Part shown: positions 11,117 through 25,000 of the stretch, piece by piece
Position numbering within the stretch: the stretch's first letter is position 1
Layout: every line of letters begins with the position of its first letter
Assembly (NCBI GenBank): GCA_013239625.1
Contig: MU056434.1
Location: 806,001 to 870,000, forward strand
Length of the DNA: 64,000 nt
Source: Lama guanicoe
Lineage: Eukaryota
Direction of reading: 5' to 3'
The notes under the pieces: model-generated
The model's input: the letters and a program-made list of their open reading frames with translations, nothing else
Databases searched by the model: none
Told to the model about the DNA's origin: nothing
Position numbers and translations under genes: made by a program

Positions 11117-11918
11117 GGTCTCAAAGTTTAGACAAGAGATCAGCTGATTTCTTCTTGTCAGCCACTCCTCTCCTCCGGTGCCTTCAGCCTCGCACCAGAC
11201 ATGCTGCTCCCCTGATCTGTGCCAAGGCTTCAGGCTGTCTACCTGCCCAGTACTGCTCCTGTGGCCGGGCCGAGGGCACCTGTTACAGCCCCATCTAGAG
11301 CTGTCCCATAGGGGAAGCTGGGACAGGGCATTTGGCTAGCCTTCATGCCCTCTCTGACCAAGAAGGTGCTAGGAGAGGTGGACAGGGCCCTGCAGCAGTG
11401 CCAGGTGTGGTCTGTCCCACACCCGGCTTCTCGGGGCCTGTGTGGCATGGAGTGGAACCTTGTTTGGGAAGAGCAGTCACAGACCTGCCGTGGCACTTTG
11501 GGGTTGCCCAGCTGGCAAGGGATGAAGCAGCTGGTTTGTACCTACCACAATCCACAGGTGCCCCAGCCCTGCCCTGGTGTTCCCGCCCCACGGCCCCCAA
11601 GCAACTGGACCTCTGGCCGCCTCAGAGGCTTCCTGGGGTTCCAGATCCCAGGACCACCCCTGCCTGACAGAGCCCACCTGGGCCCAAGAACAACCCCTGG
11701 CCAGGACCCCACCCCAAGCCTTACTAACCACCCAGGAACAAGCCTACTCCTCTTTGTGTGTGGGAAGGGGATGCGTGTGGGGAAAGACCCCTGGGACCTG
11801 GGAGCTGAGCCCCTGCTGGACACAGCAGACATGCACCTGCGGCCACTTCTGCCCCCCAGCAGATGAGGAGGGGGCAGAATGTGGAGAGAGATCTGAGCCA
11901 CCAAAGTTTGTTGGTTTT

Positions 11919-11924
11919 TTTAAT
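11919..11924 (-). promoter_or_regulatory. ARVCF: Probable ARVCF polyadenylation signal ATTAAA
   Basis: tttaat on + within an AT-rich 3'UTR end, ~680 nt downstream of the last-exon acceptor. Confidence 0.5.
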
Positions 11925-12577
11925 TTTTAACTTTTCTTACAAAAATTTAGATGTTTACCAATACAGTCTCATTTTGGTTCTGTTTTTTATGCTTTTTGTC
12001 AGTGTTCTTCTGTTTTAAAGTCTCAAACAGCAGGCACTGAACAGCAGTCCCTTGCTGCTGGCAAAGGTCAGTCCCCAAGGTGCTACTCAGGGCTTGGCTA
12101 TAGGACAGGGCATGGTGGCCCTGGGTCAGAGGTGCACAGGGAGGCCCTGCCATGGGGCTCCACACATCCGAGGGCAGGCAGGGTCAGGCTGTGAGTGCCG
12201 CCCCCAGAGCAGCCAGCCCCTCCACCCTCCAGGCTCAGGGTCAAAGTCCATTCCCTGAGCCCCCTCCCCACTCAGCTGCAGGGCTCCAGGGCCCGCCCTG
12301 CTCCTCGGTGCCCTGCGCACAGTGGTGCATACACTCCGGCTCTGCCAGCCCTGTCGTCCCCAAAGCAAAGCAGGGCGCCCTGCCAGCCTGTCTCACACAC
12401 ACACAGCACCATGTCAGTAAACTAACTCCGAAGAGTTAGGAGGGAGGGAGCCAGGCAGGAAGGGAGGCGCATCCAGAATGTCAGGCTCCGGGAGGAGTGG
12501 CCCTGCCGACAGTTGCCGCCAGGGGGCTCCCAGCTCCACAGCGGGGGCCCCAACGGCCCTTCTTCCGAGGTCAAATC

Positions 12578-12604
12578 CTAAGAACGACCAGCTGGGCCCA
12601 GGCC
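12578..12604 (-). CDS. ARVCF: ARVCF terminal exon start; encodes alternative C-terminus GLGPAGRS* when the DSWV exon is skipped, otherwise 3'UTR
   Basis: Pyrimidine tract ccctctccctcctcag|GGC CTG GGC CCA GCT GGT CGT TCT TAG; phase 0 matches donor at 13637. Confidence 0.7.
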   Translation of the reverse strand, partial: GLGPAGRS

Positions 12605-12978
12605 CTGAGGAGGGAGAGGGGAAGGCTGAGCAGGCCGGTTAGCCCGGCGGATGGTGTGGACGCAGGCAGCTGGGCCAACCCTGCCCTGCTGGTCCTCCGG
12701 GGGCCTGGGATGGGGGCATTTGAAGGTGTTGGGGGACCAGCCCTGCTCTGGCCCCACAGCCTCTGGGCCCTGGTGACATTGCCTGCCTCCGGCTGCAGGC
12801 CCAGGAGGCCTCTCCCACTCAGACCCCAGGCTGTCCTTCCCTCTGTGGGCCTTCAGGCCGCTGAGCCAGGGCTGGGCCGCCAGGGAGAGCAGAGCGTGCA
12901 GCCGAGATGGAGAAGGCCCTGCCTGGAGGAGCGAGCATGGGGGAGGAACACCAGATGAGAACCTACCAGGCATGCAAG

Positions 12979-13086
12979 CTAGACCCAGGAGTCAACAGGC
13001 TGAGGCTTAGCATCCCCCACGGCGTCCACCAGCCTGACTGTGGGCCTGCTGGGCCCAGGAGGAGGAGCCTTCCTGCTGGTGTCGGA
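12979..13086 (-). CDS. ARVCF: ARVCF stop-containing exon (PDZ ligand DSWV); donor 12 nt after the stop (exon ends 12967)
   Basis: ctgcag|TCCGAC...; [35 protein letters not shown]; then cttgcatgcctg|gtaggt. Confidence 0.93.
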   Translation of the reverse strand, partial: SDTSRKAPPPGPSRPTVRLVDAVGDAKPQPVDSWV

Positions 13087-16000
13087 CTGCAGCGGACGGC
13101 AGTGGGCAGGAGGGCGTCAGAGGCAGAACAGAGCAGGTTAGTCAGAGCTGGAGTGTGTGGGCCAGGCTGGTCAGGGGGGCGAGGCCGGAGCCGGGGTGCA
13201 CACTAGGGGAGGGCCGAGGGCAAGGGGCGCTGACCAAGCGTGGCTCAGAGAGACAGAGTGACATGTGGACACGCACGCACGGCCCGTGCCCAAAGCAGGG
13301 GATTGGCGCAGAGCAGGCGGCAGGGGCTGCCCTGGAGGTGGGAGCAGAGCAGGCTGCGCCGCGAACACACATGCAGGAAGGATGCAGACACGCTTGTTCA
13401 GACTCCCCGGGTGATGCCTTCTGTCCCGTGCTCCCTCGCTCCCAGTGGGCATGAGCTTTCAACTACCTGCACCCATAGGCTGGCTCTGATGGGACAATCC
13501 CCACCCTGGGCTCCTGGCCCAGCTGCCCTGCAGCTGAGGCCCCACCCCAGGCAGACTCCAGGCTGGAGACCAAACTCAGCATCTTGCCTGGGCCCCTCTC
13601 TAGGCACACCCCCGACAGCTGCCCATAGCCACTTACTTTTAATGGTTCCTTCTCAGAGGCCTCCCCTGCAGGGTCACTGCCTCGCGCCCTCCGCTCCCTC
13701 CGGTCAACAGTGGAGTATCCGTCTGAGGGGTGCGTGCATGAAGAGAACTCTGAGGGGTATGTGCCATAAGACCCCACCCATCTCAGCCTGGATGTGGGGG
13801 TGCACCTGGAGAGGATCTCACCTGACTGTCCTGCACCAAATCTTCTCACAGGCCCTCTGGGCGTGGGCCTTGCAGCCTCTCACTTGCTCCCCCCACGGCA
13901 GCTCAGAGCCCTCCAGCTGCCCCTCGGCTGGGTGACGAGACACCCTGGCTGGGCAGTGACCCCCTGCCAGCTGCCCCCGTCACTCCCTGAGCACCCCTAA
14001 ATCAAATCTCTCTTTTCCAACCAGCACCTCCTTGGAAGGCCGTCCCCACACAGGAAACAAACATCCGCCCCTGCACTCACCTGGCCCAAGTGCCTCCATG
14101 GGGATCATGTCCCGGCTGCCTGGCTTCTCATTGTCTGCAAGGCACGAGTAGGGAACTGGCTGGTTGCAAACAGCAGCAGGTGGCCGGAGCTGGCCTTGGC
14201 CCCCCTGAGTACCCTCTGTCACCAACATCTTTGCACCGTCCTGCTGGGCCCCTGCCTGCTGGCACTGCCACCCCCTGCTTGGTGCCACTGTGAGCACCAC
14301 GGTAGAGGATGCAGAGGCTACAGGAGAGGAAGGCGCACCCGCCTCCACCCATCAGCTGGTAGGGGACGCTCCTGAACGCTGGGGATGGGCCTTGCCCTGT
14401 GCTCACCCAGGCTCTTGTCCACCAACGGCAGCGTGCTGTCATCAAAGCCACTGGGGCTCGGTGCTGCCTTGGGCCCCTTGGTGTTAGCAGCAGCCAACTG
14501 TGGGGGGTAGGGCACATAACAGACGTCAGGGGTACCTCCGCAGGGGACCCAGCCTGGTAAAGAGAGAAAGGAAGGGCCGGGCGGGCCTCACCTGGAAGCG
14601 CGCCTTGGTCCAGCCATCCCTCTGCAGGGCACCACGAAGTTCCTTGTAACTCCACACTGTCTGCAGCACGTGGGACGCAGCCTTCGCCTCGCGCACTGAT
14701 TGGCTGCAGACGGGGCAGGGTCAGCGTCTGGCCCAGACTGCCAGGCTCCGCCCCCACCACCTGCGCCCCACCCCAGGCCGTGCCCCCACCCACCTGGTGG
14801 CGCCCAGGGCCACAAGCGTGGGTATGCCACGGGCCTGCAGCAGCGAGCGTGCATTGTCCAGGCTGTCGGACACGATCTCATGGATGGTGTTGAGCACGGC
14901 CACCACGGTATCCTCCTCCAGGCGGGCCCCGGGATGTGTGGGTGCCTGTGCGCTGCGCACGTTTCGTACCAGCTCGGCCATGGCGTAGCTCCCTGTGGGA
15001 AGGGTTGGGTGAGGGCACACCTGCACCGGTAGGAGGGGGGCCGCAAGGGGCAGGAAGGCCTGGGCCCTAGACCCCTGCTGCGCCCCTATCCTCACCGATG
15101 AGGTCCTTGTTGCGCCGGTCCAGTGAGAGGTTGCGCAGGGCGATGGCGACGGCGCGCACCACCTTGTCCGTCTCCGACTGCAGCAGCTCCACCAGCACCG
15201 GCAACCCGCGCTCCTTGCGCACCGTGGCGCGGATATACGTGGCCCACTGTGGCGGGGTGGTGGGGGCCTGCTCAGCGCCCATGGGCCACAGGCACCGGAC
15301 ACTCGCCCACCTGGGTCCTGACCACCCCCTCCAGCTGGACTGGACAGTCCTCCTCCCGGACCTGACAAAGCCCTACCCCAGCAGCTCATGCCATCTCCAC
15401 CAGGAAGCCTCCTGGGATTCCCTCTGCCCCCTCTTGCCAGGCTTGGCCTCTCACCACCCAGTTGCCGGCGCTGAGGTTCTGCAAAGCACCAGCCGCAGCC
15501 TCCAGGGTGTTGAAGTTCCGGCTCTCCGTCAGGAGGGACAGGTACAGACGTACCACCTCAGGCTGGTACAGCAGCTCAAAGCCTGGGCACAGAGCACCCA
15601 CCACCCACAGTTACCCAGGCTGCCCCAGCTCTCCCAGGGTGAGGGTGAGCTGGGGCCCAGGATGGCTTCGTCACCATCAAGGAAACGTTTAGCACCAACA
15701 TATGACCCTTGTGGTCATCCGAGAGGAAAACCTTTCCCATTTCACACAGGAATCAACCCAGGCTCTAAGGTGGCAGTAGACTTGGTGAGGTCATTCTTCC
15801 TCTGACCCCAAAGAAATGGGGGCTGCCTGGCAGTTGAAGCCTACGACGCCCAGGGTGGGGAGGGAGGCAGCAACCAGGGCTGCTCCCCTAGCAACAGGGT
15901 TCAAAGCCCCTAGCAACAGCTCCTCTTCCCCCATAACCAGGGCCCATCCTCCAGTCCGAGCCACTCAACCACTTCTGGTCCCCCGTCGGTCAGTTGAGGC

Positions 16001-19000
16001 CCCAGCCTGGCAGCAGAGCCACCCACAGTGCTCCAGGGATGAGGCTGGAGCAGGCTTCCAGGTCTGTCCCCATGCTGGGGCTTCTGTGTCCCTGGACATG
16101 ACCTCCCAACCCCCATCCCCACAGCATCACCCCATTTCCAGTCCTTACACCCCATTTTCCCTTCACCCCAGTTTCCTGTTCCCCAGATACCCCAAGCATG
16201 TCCCCACAGCATCTGCACGAGCTGGGCCCTCTGCCTGCGATGCTTCCCCCTAAACCTCCACGGCTGGGCTCTTGCACCCTGCCTGGGGGCATCTGGGCTC
16301 ACTGGGGCAGGCTTTTCTCACCAGGCTGGACTCCCAGTGCACGGAACAGTGCCACACACAGCAGTGCTCCAACAGGCACAGGGGCAAGAAGGACGAGCCA
16401 GGGTGATCTGGCCCAGCCTTCGTACTGGGTCTGGCTGCATCCTCAGGGCTGCAGAACACCCCCAAGTGAGCCCAACCTCCTCGGCCGACATGGGAGGCCC
16501 TGCCTGCCGGCCAGCGCCCTTCACTCAACAGCCCTGCTCTAATCCCTGCCAGCCTCTCTTAGTGCTGTGACCAGCAAGCCACTGGCTCCTCTATGCCTGC
16601 ACCTCCATACCCTGCCGGAACTGACCTGTGGCACGGATCCTGATTCCAAACCCTCAGCGGTGGCCAGGGACTGGACAGTCCTGCAGGAACCCTACACTTG
16701 TGGTTTTTTCCACTTTTTCTCCATCAGATCCCCAAGGCCCTTCGGGCCTGCTTGGTGCCATAAAGCTTAACTCCTGGACTGGCCTGGGCCTGGACTCTAC
16801 CTCTGCCCACTCACCTTTGGCAGCCTCAGTTCGCTTGGGCAGGTCCAGAGTGTCAAAGTTCTGGTCCATCTCACCGTCTTTCTTCCCTGGAACAGAGGGC
16901 AGTGGGAGGTGAGGTGGACCCTGCAGGGGGCAGTTGTGTGTCAGGAGAGGTGGGTACAGCACTTTCCTGCTCACGGCCCAGAAAGCACCCGTATCCAAAC
17001 TTGGGCACCCAGAGGCCCTGGGAACAGAGCAGCATCCTGAGTTTAGGTGGGCAGTTCAGCCCAGCAGAGGGCAATGGTGGCAGTAAGGCCTGGGGACATC
17101 CCGACCCTGCCCAACAGCCAGGGCTCATCACCCACAGGTGCTGGGAGCTGCACTGCAAACCCTCCTGGTGGCCTTCTGTGGCCACCAGGTGTGTGGACCA
17201 CGAGACCTGGAGCCCAGGTCAGGGCACAGCAGACAAGGACGTGGAGGGCTGGCGGGACAGGATGTCTGCTGCAGAGCAGGGCCGAGTGGAGCAAGAGTCC
17301 CCCTCACGGGGAAACTTGCCCATCTAGGGCAAGGAGAGACCCCCCCTCAACAATCCACAGACCCCGTCAGCTGCGGCCTGCACACCTCTGGTGGTGTGCT
17401 CACCACTCCCCAACCACCCTCCCCTCCCAGACAAGGGGCCTTCTCCTTGGAAGGCAGCAGAGCTGAGTTCAGACGACTTGGGGCCCCCACCCTGCCCAGC
17501 CTCCTGGGCCGTGTGGCCCGTCTGAGCTACACATTCCATCGGAGGGGCAGACTCTGCTCCCTGGTGCCCTGGGACGGACACCCCCAAGCCCTACCCTCGG
17601 CCCAGCTGCCCCAGCTCCCGCTCCTGCTCCAGCCTTGCCCGGGCAGCGGAGTCTGAGGTTACAGACAGACAGCCCCTTGGCCTCCAGCCAGGCGAGGGCT
17701 GACATTCCTACTGTTGTCATGTCCACACAGTCGTCATGGAGACAGCTGCCCAGAGAAGGGCCTGGGATGGGGGCTTCCCGAGGCTGGAAGGTCTTGCAGT
17801 TGTCATGGAGATGGCTGCCTGAGCAATGGGGGGTTCCCTGGTGACCACTGCACCCCCCAGGCCTGCCCGGACAAATGGGGACTCACCTTGATGGAACCAC
17901 TCTTCTGGGCGGCCGGGGGAAGCAGAGGAGAGAGGAGAGGAGCCTGAGCGGGCAGCACCCCTTCACGCCCTCCTGGGAGGCACTGACCACAGGGATGTGA
18001 ATCTCACCCTGACTACTTCAGGGGCTGAGTGCCCACAAGTGGGACAGGGGTCAGAAACGGCCCACGCAGTGGGGTGGGGGCAGGTGGTACAGACCCCCTG
18101 GTGGCTGCCAAGGGGCATCAGAAGCTGCACCTGAGATGGGGATGGAGTAAGGCAGGCGGGCGAGGTGCTGCTCTGGGCTTCTCAGGATCTTTGGGTGCTC
18201 TGCCAACGCCAGGAGTGGCTGTGTCCTCGGCACCGTCCAAATTTGGGCCCCTAGAAGCCTTCCTGGAGCTGAAGGCCTGGGTCTGGGCACCAGTAGGGAC
18301 ACCTGCCCAGGGCCCCGGTGCAGACGAGGTGGCTGGGCCTGCCAGCTGGGAGCCGGGGGCAGCATACCCACTTTGGCTCCCTGCCCATTAGAAGGTGACC
18401 ATGACTACTGAGGGCGTGGGGGGTGGGTCTCGGCAGTGTGGGGGGTCCTAGACTGCTTCCCCAGGCCCACCCACACACCTTTGGCCTTCTTGCCACCGAA
18501 GCAGCCGGCGTCATCCCTCCTCCGGCGCTGGGAGCCCATAGCACTGCCCAGGGGCCCGGGCTCAGCCTCCTGGTACCTGTCGGCGCCGGGCACCTCCTTG
18601 TGCACATGGTAGCTCAGGTTCCGCACGATGCACACGCAGTTCTCCACCGACTGCGGGGAGAGGGGCTGGTGGCCAGGGTTGGGCAGGCACGGACTGCTGA
18701 CCCTCCCACGGCAGGTGGTGACAGCCAGTGTGCATGGAAGGGACCACTCAGGCGAAAGCCCCAGGGAGGACGATGGTGGAGCACCTGCTGCATGCAGGCC
18801 CTTGACCAGGGCTTCATGCCACACCCGCTTCATGGTGTGACCACTGCGATGTGTCCCACGCCCAGGGCGCTGACCTCGACCCACGTGCCCCTCTGTGCCA
18901 CCAGATAGTTGCGAGTTCCTGTGACCTTTGTGGGCGGCTGCGAGACTGGCCCTGCTGGGGCCTGCCTGCCCACCCACCTTGTTGTCCGTGTCCTTCCTGC

Positions 19001-22000
19001 CCACGGCCGACTGCAGGGCATGCAGGAGCGCGTCCACCAGCCCCTCACACTCACGGAGTCGCCGCCGGGCCTCTGCGCCATCTGAGCTCACATTCCTGGG
19101 TGGCCAAGAGCAAGCTCTGTGAGCCTGGCTCCCACAGGGAGCTGCAATGGCCCCAACGTGGCTGTGGGCAGGATTCTATCTTATCTGCAAATCAGACTCT
19201 GAGGCCACTCTTTGAGGGCTGCTGCCAGATGACAGTGGCCTGGAGCAGCAATGGCCTGACTGATGAGACCCCAGAAAGGAGCCCTGGGCTGGCACCTGCA
19301 AGGGTGGGGGCTCCCCTGAGCTGAGCTGAGTCGACCCAGAGGACTGAATCCGTGCAGGGAAATCCTGGGCTCCCCCTGCTCCAGTGGCATCTCAGGGCTC
19401 TGCCTCCCCCTGAGGTCGGGACTCAATGCGGGCACATCCTGATGGACAGGCAGGGGACCCAGACAGCTCCACCACCCACCCCGGCTGTCACAGTGATGGG
19501 TGGAAGCTGGGCAGGGCTGGAGCTGTGGAACAGAAGAGAGGTTGGCAGACATCTGGAGGCTGCCCGTGGGGGTGAACACAGCCCCACCAGGCCCACTCTC
19601 GGACTTGGGCAGGAACTGTGACAGGGCTCTGGTGCTGAGGCCTGACAGCCAGCTGTCTTCCACATTATCTGGGACATGGGAACATGGCTGTCCCCAGGAC
19701 AGCTGTCCCCAGGTGTGTGTACAGGATCTGATGCCTAGTTCCTGCCTCCTGGGCTGAGAATAGCTCTGAGCAGCTGCGCCTGGCCCCGCCACACCTCAAG
19801 CAGCCCGATGTGTTCTTGAAGACAGTCGTCCACTCAGCGTCCCGCGGCTTGGAGTCCTCATTGGGCTCTGGCTCCCAGCCCGAGTGAGGCACAATGACCT
19901 CGTGGGTCAGCGTCTGCAGGCCATGGTCAATGATGACCATCTTCAGGGGCTCGTAGGATGACAGGTTCCAGAGCGTGCCTGCAGGGTACCACCAACCCAC
20001 CAGTGCTGACCACAGGCACTGCCCCCACTTCCTCCCATGGGTCCCTCGCAGGACCTGCCCTGCCCTCCCTGTGTCCCAGCTGACTTAGCAGGCAGGAGTG
20101 ACAAAAGCCAGGAGAGGTCCCGAGTGCTGCCCTGGCATGGGCAAGATGCACAAGCCGCAAACGGCAGGGGCTCCCCAGAGGGGCTAGGATATAAAGGAGG
20201 GCCGGTGGGGGGCCTGGAGCCAGCAAGAGCCTTCTCTTCCCCAACCCTTCCCACCCACACAGGCAGGTGAACTACAGCTCCCGGGGCCATGCCAAGTTGG
20301 TTGTCACAGGACCCTGTCTGGCCACAGGCCCCAGCACTGCCCTGCTGGGGGGCGGGGACCAGGTAGGTGGACCCTGGAGGAGTTGTGGTGGGGACATGGG
20401 AGCTGGTGGGGAGCAGGATTGTCCAGGGGCCCAGTACTAGGCCCAGTTCCAGCCCCACCGACAGCAACTAAGTCCAGAGGTAGAGAGACCAGACCCATCA
20501 CGGCATCTGAGCCTGACTCCTGCGCCCAGCAGCCGGGACTCTTGACTGAATGGGGGACGCGGGTGGCCAGGAGCCTCACCTGTGACAAGCTCGCGGACCT
20601 CGCTGTCCCGGGCAGCCCGCAGCAGGCGCACTAGGGCGGGCACGCCGCCACAGTCCCGGATGGCGGCCTTGTTGTCGGAGTCCCGGCCGTACGAGAGGTT
20701 CCGCAGGGCCCCGCAGGCCCGGCGCCGCACCTCTGCTCGCGGGTGGTCCAGCAGAGCCACGAGCAACGGCAGCCCCCGCAGCTGCCGCACGCGACGCTTG
20801 ATGCCCTCGTTCTCAAAGCATAGGTGCTGTAGATAGGCGGCTGCGTTGGCCTTCACGGGGTCCACAGGGTGCCGCAGCATGGCCAGCACCTCGGGCAGCT
20901 CAGGGTCCCGCCAGCGTGGCTCCTTGCGGGCACTGTCCACTGAGGGCGAGCGCCACACCGCCCGGTCCAGGCTGCCCAGGCTGCCGCGTTCGGGCTGGGC
21001 CAGGGGCGCCGCTGTGGCCGGGAACGGGGGCCGCTCCTCCATCATCTCTCCACCATCATCCACCACGTCCTCGTAGGCCCTGTGCAGGCGAGCAGGGCGC
21101 ATGACCGTCCTCTCGCAGCTGCTGGCAAGGCCCCCAGCTGCCCCATCACACCTTCCCTGGGGACGGGGGTGGGGCTGAACCTAGAGCATCACTGGAGCCG
21201 AAAGTCACGCACAGTCCAGCGAGAACTGACTCACAACCAGTGACGGAGCCAAAGACCAGCCACCGGTCATTAGGGCTTGTATCCCTATCAGACGGGGAGC
21301 TCACTTGCTCCCACACCAGGCAGTTTTCCTGATACTGAGCTAAACGTGTTTCTATTAGACATCTGTCTCTGCCTGGGGTCTCACCTTCCCATGAGGCCCA
21401 CCCCTGCACATGGCCATCCTGGTGGGACCACATGAGGGGCCTTCAGGCACCAGTTCCCTAGGGCATAAGATGTCAAACCTGCTTCCCAGGGGAGGGACTG
21501 AGGCTGGGTGGGGGGTGTGGGGTGTGGGGTCAGGTGTCACACCCGTGGTCACAAAGCATAACCCAGACCCAGGCTGTGGTCACGTTCCCACTCTGCAGAC
21601 AGACAAGCCAAGGACAGAGGGAACAGAACCAGAGACCCCACCAAGAAAAAAAAGGGCTGGGAGCCTGCATTCTGGCTGCTACTGTGCACGTGGGAGAGGA
21701 TGAAAAACACGCTGAGCCCCTGGGCCCGTGTCTTCCTGGCCATCTGGCTGGAGCAGGGGCAGCAGGTACCGGGCACTGTCATCAGCTTCTTACGCTCCAG
21801 ACTCGTGGGGAGGGTGCCCAGTGTAATCTCCCCTGTCCCAGAGCCTGCTCTTGCCACATGCCTGAGAAGAGCTGAAGCCAATTCAGACTAACGTGTGCGA
21901 CTAACACAGCCCTGCAGCTAGGACCCTGTGGCAGGGAGCAGAAGGCAGGCTTCCTAGAGGTGGTGCCAGCACACGGTGGCCTCACCTGGTCCGAAGGCCT

Positions 22001-25000
22001 CGCCCACAGTCCGGCCTTCTCCTTGTGGCTGTGCTGCAGTCAGGCTCCAGCTCCGGGCCACCCTCATCCTCAGCAGCCAGGCTGCGAGTGTCGTCCTCCA
22101 AGCCATACGGCTCTGCCTGGAACCGCTCAGGCTGGGAGCGGCCGGCGGGCGGCACAGGCTCAGAGCCTGCAGGGAAGGCCTCCCGGCGGCCAGGCAGCGT
22201 GAAGCAGCCGTCGCTGGGACCCGGGCCATGGAGGCCTCCACGGGGGGGCCGCACGCCCAGCCCACGGGACAGGCTGCCGTAGCTGGGGACATCACGGGGC
22301 TCATCGGGAAAGCCGCCCCCACTGCTGATGCAGGCACGGGAGAGCGTGGCAGAAGGGCCGCCCCCACGCAGCAGGAAGTGCCGGTCCAGAGGGCCATCGG
22401 TGAAGGGGCCCAGCGGGGGGCCGCCATCCAGCAAGGGGAGGCCATCTGGGCCCACAGGTACCTGGCGCACTGTCCGTGTGGTCACCGTCTTGACCGTCTT
22501 GGTGACCTGGTTGGGGAGCAGGCGGCTGGTGGGCTGGGCAGCCGGAGAGGCCAGGGTGGCCTCAGCCTTCCACCCGAACAGTGGGTACCCACGCGGCAGG
22601 GGGGACGACTGCTCCGCACGGCCTACCTGCCAACCGCAGGGCCCAGCGTACCTTGGTCTCAGTGCGACGGGTGGTGCCGTCCTCTGACGTGACGATGGAC
22701 ACGTGGGAGGTGGGGGTGCCAGGATCCTCCTCTACCGTCACTGTCTCCTCCAGCACCTCGGGCGCCTCTGGCATGGTGGCCAGCGAGGCCTGGCTGCCTG
22801 GGCTCTGCTCCTGAGCAAGGGAGCAGGTGTTGGTGGGAGGACCCAGAACTCAACACCCCTGGAGTGCAGACACTCATGCTGGCCTGGATGCCAGGTGTCT
22901 TCCTCTCCCCTCCACCCTGGTACCCACTGCCCCAGGATCTGTCTCAGCCCTGGCTGGCAAGGAGAGCAGCACATCTCTGCCTCTGAAAGCCGAGGGGCTG
23001 ACCATGGGGGCCGGACCCCATCCTGGGGGCCTCCTTGGGCTGGGCTAGTGGGTAAGGATCTAGGCCCCAGTGGTGCAGTGGTGGGCAGCCCTGTCTGAGC
23101 TGTGAGGCCTGTCTGCTGCAACTCCTGGAGACCCAAGGAGGTGGGGGGTGGGGGACAGGGAGGGGATGACCCGCAGGAAGCTTTCCTGGCATCACTCATC
23201 ACCCCTGGCTGGGCCCTCCTGGTGTCCTGGGCCTCCTCCCTGGCCCACCCCAGAAATGTCAAGTGCAGAGGGTGGCAGTGTCAGTACTGTTCACTGACTC
23301 CCTGGGGCCACACCCAGACTCCTGCCTTCCCCAAGGCCAGCTAAACGCCCTCACAGGACAGAAATACCCAGCTCCCAGAAAGCTGTGTGCACTCAGAGCA
23401 CCAAAATACCCTCGCTCTTTCCGGTCTGGACACTCTTGGGACGTTGAGTGGGCTCGGCCTGGCCCTACCTCACTCAGGCCAGTGCCTGGTGTCCCTCACT
23501 GAGACACCCCCAGTGTCGTATCAGAGTGCACAGATTCAGGCCAAGGGGGCCCAGCTGATTCCTGACAAGAACCCCAGTAACCCCTTCCTACACACCTCCC
23601 AGGTCTCCCCCACCTTGGCCCTCACCTCTTGGCCACCTGCCTCATTCTCATCCTGTGTCTCCCCACCCTCACCCCTTGCCAACATCCCTGCAGGCAAGAC
23701 AGCTCCGGACAGAGGCTCTTGTAAAGCCCACATGCTTACTGGCCAGACTTGCCAGTGGAGAAACTAAGATTCAGAGAGGACAGGCCAGCCCAGAGCAGGG
23801 CTGGGCCAGACCCCTGCACTGCTGAGAGGCACAGGGACACAAGAGCCACAATCTAGCCCTGGGCCTCTGACCACACGGATCCCCCAAACCACGCCAACAT
23901 CCCAGGATCAGCATCTGGCCAGGAATTGAAACCCAAGTCCCAGTGGGCGGGCACAGGGGGAGTACATTCCTAGGCAGCCAGGGCTGGGGCAGCAGGAGGA
24001 CAGGCCTGTGCCTTGCAGGATATGTCCTCTGCCTGGGCCCCAGGACTGAGGGCTGCACAGACAGAACTGAGCCTCAGAGAAGGCCTGGAAGCAGAGCCCT
24101 GCTCTGTTCCTTTCCCCAGACCCAGGTACTCAAGGCCAGGTGTCCAAGGCTGTCTTCAGGGCCTGCCTCCCCAGGTCCTCAGATGTGAAGTCTCCCCAAG
24201 TTGGGGTCCTGTCCTAAAGAAATGCATGCCCCCCAACTGTGCAGTGTTGAGGTGCTGGGATCCTGCAACATCTTCAGGGGTCCAGGGAGTAGCTGCACCA
24301 ACTTGTTAGGAGAATCCCTTGGGCTCTGGTGACAGAGGAAGAAAGAGGTCACAGAAAAAAACCCCATCCCCCACAAAGTAAGGCCTTAGGGAATATGTGA
24401 GCTTATAAAAAGGAAAACTGAGGCCTGACAGAGGGGAGAAGATAAAACTGCTAATGGGGGAATTTTGGACTTCTATGGAGGGAACTTCTAGCCCAATGTT
24501 ACCCCTTATGGGACACAGCCTTGGCTGCCACAGCCTTAGAATGCAAGCAGCCTGCCTGCCCCCCTGCTGGGGGCCTGGTCAGGAAGGAGGGACGCTGCTC
24601 TCTGGGAAAGAGAAGTAAACTGAGGCCCAGAGTGGGGACACACTGGTGGGCTGCCGGGCAGAGCAGCTCTTCACTGAGGGCACTGGGGAGCTGGGATTGT
24701 TTTGGAGCAGAAGGTTCAGGGACAGCCTGTCCCTGCTGGGGCCCCAGCAGCCCCATCTGTATTTGGCAACCGTGGGAGCAAGTGTGGCAGGCAGCTAGCT
24801 CTGTCCGCTAGGCCCTAAGGGACCAGGCCCAAGGTTGCAAGTGCAGAGGAGGGGCAGGGAGCAGGACTGATGGGAAGGGACCAAGCTGTCCAGTGGGCTA
24901 GGCCCTTTAGCAGTTGTGCCTACATTTGCATACATTAACACTTTCAGAGAAGAGCCCCTACCCTTAGCCAGGCGGTGGGCTGCTGGGGCTTGGGGGCACA

